Source: a virus
Lineage: Duplodnaviria; Caudoviricetes
Length of the DNA: 54,866 bases
Direction: 5' to 3' (one strand)
IMG/VR virus record: IMGVR_UViG_3300043425_000164
Location: 1-54,866 of that record
Positions 36,520-44,743 of this stretch are shown here, one piece after another (within the stretch, counting starts at the first letter, position 1; each line of letters opens with the position of its first letter). The notes under the pieces are model-generated. The model was given only the letters and a program-made list of their open reading frames with translations. It made no database searches and was not told where the DNA came from. Made by a program: the position numbers and the translations under genes.

Positions 36520-37397
36520 TGCAGATAACTAAACTATCTGAGAAGGCAATGTTGGTAAAACTGACCATGCGTCGGGCTAACCTGACAAAGCGTGACACAT
36601 ATGCTGAGAACTTAATACAGCAACAGCTAGACGATACGAGTTTGATCGTGAACTCTAAGTTGTTTAGGGACAAGGCAAACCCGATCAATAAGATTATGTC
36701 GGCGGCGAATGAGGTTTACTCTGAGCATAAGCGACGGACTCTTAGTTGGGCTGACAAGGGACCTAGGGTTTTACCTAATAGTCAATACATGGAATACACA
36801 CAGATAATGAGGGGTAAGATTTCCCAAGTGGATTCAATGATGCAGACTTACTTACCTAACTACGACACCTTTGTGCAACAGGATATTTCATACAGAAGTA
36901 AGAGTCCTAACACACGGGCTAAGATCGAAGACTACCCAACGGTGAGTGAGTTCCAAGCCAAGATGGGGTTCGATCTAAAGTTTATGCCCATGCCTGACAA
37001 ACGGCATTTCTTGTTTGACTTATCGGAAGACGATGAGAAAGCATTCGATGAGTTAATGAATGATGTTCAGGTAGCCACTCGTAACGAGACTATTGAGAAG
37101 ATGCTTGATCCATTGGCTAAGTTGGTAGAGAAGTTAAATACACCAATCGGTTCTGACGGTTCGATATTCCGAGATAGTGCGGTCGAGAACATCATCGAGG
37201 GTATTGATCTTGCTAAGAAGCTAACTCTTGACGAGAGCCCTGAGGTTAAGAGATTGACCGACGAGTTGAATAAAGAAGTAAGCAAGTATGCCGAGCATAT
37301 GAATTGGTTGCGTGAAAGCCCAATCGTTCGTGAGCAAGCGGCTAAGAAGTTAAGCGATATTGCGTCGCAGATGAGTGCATTCATGGGAGGTGCATAG
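36519..37397 (+). CDS. DUF3150-like helical protein associated with the AAA/vWA module
   Basis: TLSW.D.G.R.LP, DYPT and FRDS motifs; lies between the AAA and vWA genes. Confidence 0.6.
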   Translation: MQITKLSEKAMLVKLTMRRANLTKRDTYAENLIQQQLDDTSLIVNSKLFRDKANPINKIMSAANEVYSEHKRRTLSWADKGPRVLPNSQYMEYTQIMRGKISQVDSMMQTYLPNYDTFVQQDISYRSKSPNTRAKIEDYPTVSEFQAKMGFDLKFMPMPDKRHFLFDLSEDDEKAFDELMNDVQVATRNETIEKMLDPLAKLVEKLNTPIGSDGSIFRDSAVENIIEGIDLAKKLTLDESPEVKRLTDELNKEVSKYAEHMNWLRESPIVREQAAKKLSDIASQMSAFMGGA

Positions 37398-37627
37398 TGG
37401 AATTTACTACGATGGAAACGGTGTTGGCGGTATACAGTGTTGCGATGACTTGCTTTACTGTGCATTACTTTTTGAAGTTTAAGCAAGCCGTATTTGTAGG
37501 ACTCATGATGACTCGCTCACTCATGGGGGTAGCAGTAGGTAAAGTAGAAGTAAGTATCAACGACGAAGGACTCCTAAAAATTACTGACTTAGAGGATGAA
37601 AATGGCAAACCAAGTAAGCAAGATTGA
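37397..37627 (+). CDS. Small membrane protein
   Basis: GTG start with GGAGG SD; hydrophobic segment. Confidence 0.65.
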   Translation: MEFTTMETVLAVYSVAMTCFTVHYFLKFKQAVFVGLMMTRSLMGVAVGKVEVSINDEGLLKITDLEDENGKPSKQD

Positions 37628-38756
37628 CAAAGCAAAAGCGCAGATCGTATTAGATCATCCGTTCTTTGCAAGTATTCTGCTCAAGAAACAGCTTAAAGCA
37701 GACAACAGTATCCCGACATTGTGCGTTGATGCGCGGGGCAATATCTCATACAACGAGAAGTTTATTGACAGCTTGACCGTGCCACAGATCGTGTGGGGTC
37801 TATGCCATGAGGTCGGTCACGTTATCGGTCAGCATGCGATGCGTCGTAAACATCGAGACGCATTCAAGTGGAACTATGCAGGTGATGCATGGATCAACGA
37901 CATGCTTGATGATGCGGGTGTTGGGCAACGTATTGACGGCACAGTCGATATGCAAGGCTCGAAAGATAAAACCACCGAGACTATCTACGATGAATTGCCC
38001 GAAGGCGGTAAAGGTAAGGGTAAGGGTAAAGGCTCAGGTCAAGGCGGTGGCGACGGCGACGGACAAGACTGGGACAACGGATTGGGTAACGATATTAAAG
38101 ACGAGAACCTAACCGAGTCTGAGGTCAAAGAAATCGAGGCGATGAACAAAGTCGATATTGCACAAGCGGCTCAGGCAGCGAAAGCTCGGGGCAAGTTGAG
38201 CGGTAAGTTGGCTGAGATTGTGGCAGATATTATCAACGTCAAAACACCGTGGTATGACATCCTCGAGCGATACATGAACAGTAAGACTCGTCAGGACTAC
38301 ACATGGACTAGACCTAACCGCAGATATGTAGGCATGGATTTGTATCTGCCAAGTATGGCGACTGAGCCTTGCATGGGTGAGGTAGTCTTGCAGATCGACG
38401 TATCGGGTTCAATCTCCCGCAAGGAATTGGATTACTACAACGGACATATTAGTCGCATCATGAAGTCATGCAATCCTGAGAAAGTCCATGTGATCTACAC
38501 CGATACCGAAGTTAAGAAGCATGACGTGTTTGACCAAGGACAAGACGTTAAGTTGGAGTTCTATTCAGGCGGTGGCACACATATGCCTGCGGGTTTTGAT
38601 TACTGCGTTGAGCAGGGTATCGAGCCTGATGTATTCGTATGCTTGACTGACGGTTATACAGACTTTGGTGAAGCACCTGGCTTTCCAGTTGTGTGGTGTA
38701 TCAGTTCAGATGTGCAAGCACCGCACGGTGAGAATATCCACTTTGAGTTGGAGTAA
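37602..38756 (+). CDS. Metallopeptidase-vWA protein (DUF2201-like)
   Basis: HEVGH zincin motif; Gly-rich linker; MIDAS residues DVSGS, GGGT and TDGY. Confidence 0.85.
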   Translation: MANQVSKIDKAKAQIVLDHPFFASILLKKQLKADNSIPTLCVDARGNISYNEKFIDSLTVPQIVWGLCHEVGHVIGQHAMRRKHRDAFKWNYAGDAWINDMLDDAGVGQRIDGTVDMQGSKDKTTETIYDELPEGGKGKGKGKGSGQGGGDGDGQDWDNGLGNDIKDENLTESEVKEIEAMNKVDIAQAAQAAKARGKLSGKLAEIVADIINVKTPWYDILERYMNSKTRQDYTWTRPNRRYVGMDLYLPSMATEPCMGEVVLQIDVSGSISRKELDYYNGHISRIMKSCNPEKVHVIYTDTEVKKHDVFDQGQDVKLEFYSGGGTHMPAGFDYCVEQGIEPDVFVCLTDGYTDFGEAPGFPVVWCISSDVQAPHGENIHFELE

Positions 38757-38758
38757 AA

Positions 38759-38968
38759 ATGGACAACAAACCAGTAGATATTTGGACTTCTTGCCTTGAT
38801 TGTGGTCAACGAGTAACTGGCGATTCCATTCATACTTGTTCACCACAAATAAAAGAGTTAAGTGATGAGGAAATAAGAGTATTTATGGCTGAAATGCCAC
38901 ATTTGACTGAAAGAAAAGATTTGCTGATGTTTGCTAGAGCAATACTAAAGAAAGCGAGTGAGAAATGA
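38759..38968 (+). CDS. Hypothetical protein
   Basis: LSDEEI...FARAIL motif. Confidence 0.7.
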   Translation: MDNKPVDIWTSCLDCGQRVTGDSIHTCSPQIKELSDEEIRVFMAEMPHLTERKDLLMFARAILKKASEK

Positions 38969-39165
38969 AACCTGATTTATCACACCCCAAACCTGAGGTA
39001 ATTATTGAGCGGCTACACAGACGAATCGAGGGGCTCAGAAATGAACTAGAAATTCTGACCGCTAAATATTTGCAGTTGCAAGGCTGGATGCTGGACTGCG
39101 GACATGCCGCAGAGTATGACGCATGGAGAGTAGGTAAACGTATACAAGGGGAGGAAGTATGTTGA
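38965..39165 (+). CDS. Hypothetical protein
   Basis: ATGA coupling with the upstream gene. Confidence 0.65.
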   Translation: MKPDLSHPKPEVIIERLHRRIEGLRNELEILTAKYLQLQGWMLDCGHAAEYDAWRVGKRIQGEEVC

Positions 39166-39275
39166 GTTTATTAACTGCGTTCTTTTTAGCCCACGGAGAC
39201 GCAAGCTGGTATTGGTGGGTATTTTGGGTGGTGTTTGCTTTTATGGAGTTCTTAAAATTCGTAGAGGAGAATTGA
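39159..39275 (+). CDS. 38-aa Trp-rich membrane peptide (not in the ORF track)
   Basis: GGAGG SD; MLSLLTAFFLAHGDASWYWWVFWVVFAF... Confidence 0.6.
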   Translation: MLSLLTAFFLAHGDASWYWWVFWVVFAFMEFLKFVEEN

Positions 39276-39276
39276 T

Positions 39277-39459
39277 ATGGAAGAAGGTATCCCATTTGCA
39301 GGCTGGGTAGATGTAGATAAAGAAGATACAGAAGAGATGTTGCGACATCAAATGCATATCATTTATGCGGAGTTGCAAAAACTTAGAGAAGAAAACATGA
39401 GACTCATTTCATTAGTCCACGATCTTGAGTCTAGGTTATACGGCGGGTCGGTCTTATGA
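39277..39459 (+). CDS. Hypothetical coiled-coil protein
   Basis: GAGGAG SD. Confidence 0.7.
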   Translation: MEEGIPFAGWVDVDKEDTEEMLRHQMHIIYAELQKLREENMRLISLVHDLESRLYGGSVL

Positions 39460-39551
39460 TGTTCGAACCTGTAAAAGTTATATTTCTTGCGGTGGCGATT
39501 AGTGTTGTGCTGATCGCTTTTATTTTACATATAACGGATAAATTCAAATGA
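39456..39551 (+). CDS. 31-aa membrane peptide (not in the ORF track)
   Basis: ATGA overlaps at both ends; single transmembrane segment. Confidence 0.55.
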   Translation: MMFEPVKVIFLAVAISVVLIAFILHITDKFK

Positions 39552-39853
39552 AGAACTTACTTATTGCATTACTTATAGTATCAAGCCCGTTGCAAGCCGC
39601 ATCTATTGCATCCATGAATAACCAAGGTGGGGGCAAGATCGTTCTGACTGATGAGCGATGCAGACTAGCAAAAGGTAAGTTCCCCGATCTTTACCATGCT
39701 TACTTCTATACGGCAGAGGGCATTACGGGAGATGGGTGCTACACAGTTCAAGACGATACGGTTGTCGTCGTGTGGGATATAGATGGGAGCGGCGAGACGA
39801 GGCGGTATCCGATTCGTAACTTTACCTTAACTAAACCAAAGTCTAACTTATGA
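39548..39853 (+). CDS. Exported protein with signal peptide
   Basis: MKNLLIALLIVSSPLQA signal peptide; two cysteines. Confidence 0.7.
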   Translation: MKNLLIALLIVSSPLQAASIASMNNQGGGKIVLTDERCRLAKGKFPDLYHAYFYTAEGITGDGCYTVQDDTVVVVWDIDGSGETRRYPIRNFTLTKPKSNL

Positions 39854-40122
39854 AAAAACTATTACTAATCATAGCGTTGCCAACAACTGTATTGGCTCAG
39901 CAGTCTACATACTTTACAGATAGGAACGGACTACCCGCAGGGCAAGCATGGAGTTATGGCAACCAAACATTCTTGAGTGACCCCGTTGGTAGACCGTTGG
40001 GCAGTGCATCAAACCTAACACCACCAGCACCGCCTGCGGCAGTGATACCACCACCTATGATGGAACTGCCACGCATTGAGCCCATTAGACCATTAGAACT
40101 ACCGCCATTGAGGATTCAATGA
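39850..40122 (+). CDS. Exported Pro-rich protein with signal peptide
   Basis: MKKLLLIIALPTTVLA signal peptide. Confidence 0.7.
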   Translation: MKKLLLIIALPTTVLAQQSTYFTDRNGLPAGQAWSYGNQTFLSDPVGRPLGSASNLTPPAPPAAVIPPPMMELPRIEPIRPLELPPLRIQ

Positions 40123-40376
40123 GAAACCTATACGGGACTAAGTTAGCTGACGAAAATCCTTTTCCCGATCAACCCCTAGGCATTCATTGGTATTCAAGAA
40201 AATACGGAGACGAATTATGGGATGAGGGTCATGCAGTTGGTAGCATTAAGCCAGCTTTTGGTGGTGGCTGGTGGGTTAGCCCATATTGGAGAGAAGATAA
40301 TACCGACGCATTTGATACAGAGGAAGAAGCAAAAGCATACTTAGTAACTATTTACAGATTGGAATCAACAACTTAG
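40119..40376 (+). CDS. Hypothetical protein
   Basis: FDTEEEAK motif. Confidence 0.7.
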   Translation: MRNLYGTKLADENPFPDQPLGIHWYSRKYGDELWDEGHAVGSIKPAFGGGWWVSPYWREDNTDAFDTEEEAKAYLVTIYRLESTT

Positions 40377-40384
40377 GAGAGTGT

Positions 40385-40954
40385 ATGGAACTTACTGACG
40401 AACACAAAGCACTAATAGAAAAACATAGAGAAATAAACCTAAGCTACGAATGGTGGGATGATGTCTACGAAATGTGGGCTGAGAAGTTAATTGAGAAAGG
40501 TATCGAGCCGAAAGACTTTGTATTCAGCGGCTTTTGGTCGCAAGGCGACGGGGCATCATTTACAGGTAGCCTTAACTTATTGCAGTTCTTACGAGCCCAT
40601 CACCTAGATCAAGAGTTTCCTGCGGCGACATTCTTTGCTGATGAGACTTTAACAGCCTCGCTAGTTAGAAGGTCAAGTCGTTATTCCCATGAGCATACAG
40701 TAAATATATGGCTTGATCATAACTACTACAACGACTACGACGAAGATGATTTAAGGGCTAGCGTTTATGACACCATGAACGAAGAACTTAATGATGAGTG
40801 GGCAAGATTAGAGGAAACCCTAATTGACATCTGCCGTGGGTATATGAGAGCCTTGTATTCCGACTTACAAAAAGAGTATGAGTATCTCACTAGCGACGAA
40901 GCAGTATACGAAACATTAGAAGCAAACGATTTATTAACCGAAGTAACTTACTAA
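40385..40954 (+). CDS. Conserved acidic hypothetical protein
   Basis: FSGFWSQGDGASF and YSDLQKEYEYLTSDEAV motifs. Confidence 0.75.
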   Translation: MELTDEHKALIEKHREINLSYEWWDDVYEMWAEKLIEKGIEPKDFVFSGFWSQGDGASFTGSLNLLQFLRAHHLDQEFPAATFFADETLTASLVRRSSRYSHEHTVNIWLDHNYYNDYDEDDLRASVYDTMNEELNDEWARLEETLIDICRGYMRALYSDLQKEYEYLTSDEAVYETLEANDLLTEVTY

Positions 40955-40969
40955 CTAAAGGAGAGCATT

Positions 40970-41617
40970 ATGGCATTTGTAGGTATATCAAAACATTTCG
41001 TAGAGCGTGTCGAAGATAAGATTAATAAGATGCGTGAGGCTGAACTCAAGAGCATAGGGGAGGCTCCTACTATTTCAATCACAGATTCAGAGCCGTGGGT
41101 ACTTAGAACATTGTGGGGTGAGCACCTTCACTTACTTGAGCAGATGCCACAAGAATGGCTTACCAAAGTAGAAAACGTTCGGTTCCAAGTAAAGGTTAAT
41201 CAGCCTGATCTTAAAGAAGACGACCAGTGGTTTAGCTTTAGTACCAAAGCACCTAAGCATGTATATGTTCCTCCGAATACAGATTGGTATATGACACATA
41301 AAGTAGATTCGTCTATTCCCGAGATTGCTCCAGTCTTTGAGTATGCGACCAAGCACAAAGAAATTCATGCCCGTTGGCATAAGGTTAAACAGCAAGTCAC
41401 GGACTTCCTATATTCTTGCAAGTCAGCTAACGAAGCAGTCAAACTATGGCCCGACGTTAAGATGTATTTTGATAAGTCAGACATCGACCGCCTAGATGCT
41501 AAGACTGTGCGTAGTGGTACATCAGAGTCCGAAGCCGCCAAGAAGTTGGCAGAACTTGATACGACTAGCCTGACAAGTGCGGCAGTTATTGCTCGTATGA
41601 GTGGCGCTCAGGTATGA
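40970..41617 (+). CDS. Hypothetical protein (Nmad5-like C-terminus)
   Basis: FL.SCKS.NEAVKLWP motif. Confidence 0.6.
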   Translation: MAFVGISKHFVERVEDKINKMREAELKSIGEAPTISITDSEPWVLRTLWGEHLHLLEQMPQEWLTKVENVRFQVKVNQPDLKEDDQWFSFSTKAPKHVYVPPNTDWYMTHKVDSSIPEIAPVFEYATKHKEIHARWHKVKQQVTDFLYSCKSANEAVKLWPDVKMYFDKSDIDRLDAKTVRSGTSESEAAKKLAELDTTSLTSAAVIARMSGAQV

Positions 41618-41874
41618 GCGTAGCGTTCAAAGTTGCGAGTTCAGGAAGAAGACAAATGGGAACACATCCAACAAGCAGCACAAGTCCTGCGAAGTTAAAG
41701 CCCATCATCTATATCGCAGGCATGTGGCCTTTCTATCAGACAACGTTGTACTGCCTAGTTAAAGGTGAACAACGCATTCAACACTTTGGGAAAAGAGCTT
41801 TGACTGCTTATTTGGTAGAAAGAAGAATGGAAGAAGAGCATGTAATCAAAGACGAAAGGAAGCTCTGGAAATAA
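41614..41874 (+). CDS. Hypothetical protein
   Basis: ATGA coupling with the upstream gene. Confidence 0.6.
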   Translation: MSVAFKVASSGRRQMGTHPTSSTSPAKLKPIIYIAGMWPFYQTTLYCLVKGEQRIQHFGKRALTAYLVERRMEEEHVIKDERKLWK

Positions 41875-42042
41875 ATGCAATACAAATATTTAATTTACGA
41901 CGAGGAAGGTAGCCCGATGAGGTGGGTCTGCACCAAAGCCGAAGCGGAAGAAGTAGTTTCCATTCGGGAGGGGTGGAGCTTCACCTATCATCAGCCTCCT
42001 TCTGCCAAGCAACAATTTACTTTTGAGGAAGCACCATTTTGA
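41875..42042 (+). CDS. 55-aa protein ending in EEAPF (not in the ORF track)
   Basis: MQYKYLIYDEEGSPMRWV...TFEEAPF; abuts both neighbouring genes. Confidence 0.7.
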   Translation: MQYKYLIYDEEGSPMRWVCTKAEAEEVVSIREGWSFTYHQPPSAKQQFTFEEAPF

Positions 42043-42248
42043 AAGACGACGTACAAACCCGACTAACCCGCATAGAATCACGCCTTGTTCAAATCATGCT
42101 ACACCTTGGCATGGATCCTTATAGAAAGATGTATGACGCAAATGCTAGTGAATCACATAATCCAGACCCAGCAAGTTTTAGCCTTAATACACAAAGCGGA
42201 AGCAATAAACAAGAGGATAAACAGTACATCCCTAGGTGGATTGATTAA
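42039..42248 (+). CDS. Hypothetical protein
   Basis: TTG start overlapping the upstream stop; RLTRIESRLVQ motif. Confidence 0.55.
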   Translation: MKDDVQTRLTRIESRLVQIMLHLGMDPYRKMYDANASESHNPDPASFSLNTQSGSNKQEDKQYIPRWID

Positions 42249-42393
42249 CTCGTGCATCTCAATACTGGTCTTATACCTAAGGCAGCCCTCACCACGAGTG
42301 ACTTTACAACAGTTAAAGATCATAAATGAGTTGCGTTTATTTGTGGAAGCTGATAACATACACACCCCACAGGAGGAATTAAATGGCAAATAA
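42142..42393 (+). CDS. Hypothetical protein
   Basis: Fills the gap to the next gene; start position uncertain. Confidence 0.45.
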   Translation: MLVNHIIQTQQVLALIHKAEAINKRINSTSLGGLINSCISILVLYLRQPSPRVTLQQLKIINELRLFVEADNIHTPQEELNGK

Positions 42394-42691
42394 AATGTAC
42401 CACTATGTTTTAGGCAGTCCCTTTATTGCCCAAGATGGCACACAGCATCAGGTAGTTAATTTTTCAAACTTGAATTCTTTTCAAACTGAGGCTGTGAATA
42501 ACATTAATAACCTAATTGACCACGTTAATGCATTGCATACAAAGACACAGCGTTTTGAAAAAGCAATTGCATTTGCTGACTGGGTTGCCGAGGTTTATCC
42601 CGAGATCATTGATAACTACAAGACCTCCGAACGTGTAGCCAAACGTATGGATGATGGCATTCCACAAGAAGTCTGCGAGTCAGCATCATGA
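42383..42691 (+). CDS. Hypothetical protein
   Basis: AGGAGG SD. Confidence 0.75.
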   Translation: MANKMYHYVLGSPFIAQDGTQHQVVNFSNLNSFQTEAVNNINNLIDHVNALHTKTQRFEKAIAFADWVAEVYPEIIDNYKTSERVAKRMDDGIPQEVCESAS

Positions 42692-43038
42692 GCATCGGTG
42701 ACGTAAATAGTAATGAGAAAGGCTCAGGCGCTCGTTATAACGACGACAAACCTGACTTTAGCCTTATCCCGTTATGGACTTTAGAAGACGAAGCCCGTGT
42801 ATGGGGCTACGGAGCAAAGAAATATAAAGCATGGAACTGGGCTAAGGGTATGCCTTGGAGTGTGCCTTTTGCTTGTGCAATGCGTCATTTATCGGCATGG
42901 CAACGAGGTGAGGATATTGACCCCGAATCGGGTCAGCCTCATTTAGCCCACGTCATGTGCAATATACGGATGCTTACGCTTTATGCAAAAACTTATCCCG
43001 AAGGGGATGATCGACCACCACAGGAGTTAATGAAATGA
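42688..43038 (+). CDS. dATP/dGTP diphosphohydrolase-domain protein (DUF5664-like)
   Basis: KPDFSLIP...GAKKY..WNW.KG...RH...GED.DPESG.PHLAH. Confidence 0.8.
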   Translation: MSIGDVNSNEKGSGARYNDDKPDFSLIPLWTLEDEARVWGYGAKKYKAWNWAKGMPWSVPFACAMRHLSAWQRGEDIDPESGQPHLAHVMCNIRMLTLYAKTYPEGDDRPPQELMK

Positions 43039-43271
43039 GCGATATGTTTACACACATCAATAACATAGAAACATTTATTTATAGGGTCTCAGGAGCCGCT
43101 GACGTTCTTGAAGTAATGGCATCAGAATGTTCGGAAGACCCGACATCAGGAGCGTTGTGGTATTTGCGAGATACATTAAAAACACTTGTTGAGCAAGCCG
43201 AACTAAATATTGAAGAGATATATTCCATTAGCAGACAGATGCAAGAGAAACCAAAGAAAGGTAAGAAATGA
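43035..43271 (+). CDS. Hypothetical protein
   Basis: Translationally coupled ORF. Confidence 0.7.
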   Translation: MSDMFTHINNIETFIYRVSGAADVLEVMASECSEDPTSGALWYLRDTLKTLVEQAELNIEEIYSISRQMQEKPKKGKK

Positions 43272-43480
43272 TTTCAATTAGAAAATGCAAAGAACATCCT
43301 GACGGATCAGCAACTTGCGAATTTACATTTGGTAAAGAAGACCATCAAGTAATTCTTCGCCATGGTTTAGTAGCTTTGCTGACATTAGGAGCAGATATGT
43401 ACAAGCCAGTTCTTGATAAACCTGCAAAGAAAGTAGCCAAAAAGGTTGTAAAGAAAGTGGCTAAGAAGAAAACGAAGTGA
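43268..43480 (+). CDS. Hypothetical protein with Lys-rich tail
   Basis: EHPDGSAT motif. Confidence 0.7.
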   Translation: MISIRKCKEHPDGSATCEFTFGKEDHQVILRHGLVALLTLGADMYKPVLDKPAKKVAKKVVKKVAKKKTK

Positions 43481-43722
43481 GACAGACCAAGTGGGGCTCG
43501 TTCATCGAAGCCTGTATCAATGTGTTAATTGGCTTTGTAATCAACTACATAGCTAACTTAATCATATTGCCACTATTCGGGTTACATGTAACGTTACTTG
43601 AGAACTTGTATATAGGTCTGCTATATACGGTGATTTCAGTAGCACGTAGTTACATTGTGCGTCGGTGGTTTGATGAACGAATCCACAAAGCTGCGTTAAA
43701 ATTAGCGAAAGAAACAAAGTGA
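43477..43722 (+). CDS. Membrane protein
   Basis: QTK.GSFIEA..N; S.ARSY.VRRWF; two transmembrane segments. Confidence 0.75.
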   Translation: MRQTKWGSFIEACINVLIGFVINYIANLIILPLFGLHVTLLENLYIGLLYTVISVARSYIVRRWFDERIHKAALKLAKETK

Positions 43723-43934
43723 ACTACATCAAATGGTCAGGAACGATTCTTTGTTTGGCAGGCATTGGGCTTACGAGCTTCAATATTTACCCGATAAACA
43801 TTTTCCTCAGTTTGATTGGTAGTGCTTTATGGACTTACGCAGGCTATAAGCAAGACGATATTCCTTTGTTCTTAGTGGAACTGGTAGCAGTTCTTTTTTA
43901 TTTGGCAGGCGCATTTACTTGGGTATATAAATGA
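43719..43934 (+). CDS. Membrane protein (three transmembrane segments)
   Basis: Hydrophobic; KW.GT...NIYP.N motif. Confidence 0.7.
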   Translation: MNYIKWSGTILCLAGIGLTSFNIYPINIFLSLIGSALWTYAGYKQDDIPLFLVELVAVLFYLAGAFTWVYK

Positions 43935-44134
43935 AGGATTACGCAGAACACGCATTAGCAATCAAAAGATTAGAAAAAGAAATTCATAATTTAGTATTAA
44001 GACGTAAATATAAAGAAGCAGAAGCGCTGGCAGGCGAGTTATTAGTAGATGCAAGACAACTGTGGATTTGGTTAATCCACGCACAGGAGAATGACCATGA
44101 GTTTAACAACATCAACGGCAATAGGAACGGGTAA
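43931..44134 (+). CDS. Hypothetical protein
   Basis: DYAE motif; coupled to the upstream gene. Confidence 0.65.
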   Translation: MKDYAEHALAIKRLEKEIHNLVLRRKYKEAEALAGELLVDARQLWIWLIHAQENDHEFNNINGNRNG

Positions 44135-44348
44135 CGTAGTTCTTGGGACACCCCTTACAAGTGCGACATTACACTATCCCCAAACAGAAAACTATTACGG
44201 GCACAGACGCAATCACAGTTTTAACTGTAATCAAGTAGAGAACGGTTGGGTTCTTACTTATAACGACAAGCATTATGTGTTCGAAAACGCATCAGATATG
44301 GTTGCGAGGATGAACGCTTTGCTCGTAGAAAGTGCATTATCCAAATGA
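44091..44348 (+). CDS. Hypothetical protein
   Basis: VENGWVL motif. Confidence 0.65.
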   Translation: MTMSLTTSTAIGTGNVVLGTPLTSATLHYPQTENYYGHRRNHSFNCNQVENGWVLTYNDKHYVFENASDMVARMNALLVESALSK

Positions 44349-44743
44349 AAAAAGATTACACTTTTTGGGCTACTAATGATTGGTTTGGAGAGTATTACTA
44401 CGGATTTTGCCCCAGCGTAAAAGCATGGCAAAGAACTTTTAAGAACATCCAGCAAGGCAATAGCGGCATTCCGCCATACCCGTCAAATCAAGCCTGTACT
44501 TATAGCTTTGATAGTCGTAATTACAACGTAAAAGGGCCTTGTTCCTTAGTTACCATTACTGGTGATGAGAATCGTAGCCCCACACAAGTAGCAGGTTTGT
44601 TAGTTCACGAGGCAGTTCACATTAAACAGTTAATCCTTCGAGATGCTGGGGAAGACAATGTCGGGGATGAGACTGAAGCATATCTAGTACAACGGATTGC
44701 TCAGGATTTAATGGTTTGGTACACACAGTCGAGGGTAGTATGA
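44345..44743 (+). CDS. HExxH-containing hypothetical protein
   Basis: LLVHEAVH...ETEAYLVQ. Confidence 0.7.
   Translation: MKKDYTFWATNDWFGEYYYGFCPSVKAWQRTFKNIQQGNSGIPPYPSNQACTYSFDSRNYNVKGPCSLVTITGDENRSPTQVAGLLVHEAVHIKQLILRDAGEDNVGDETEAYLVQRIAQDLMVWYTQSRVV

Noticed and set aside
42688-43038. 2-aminoadenine (Z) genome pathway
   Set aside because: A DUF5664-like gene is present, but no PurZ-like synthetase or HD-domain dATPase was recognised.
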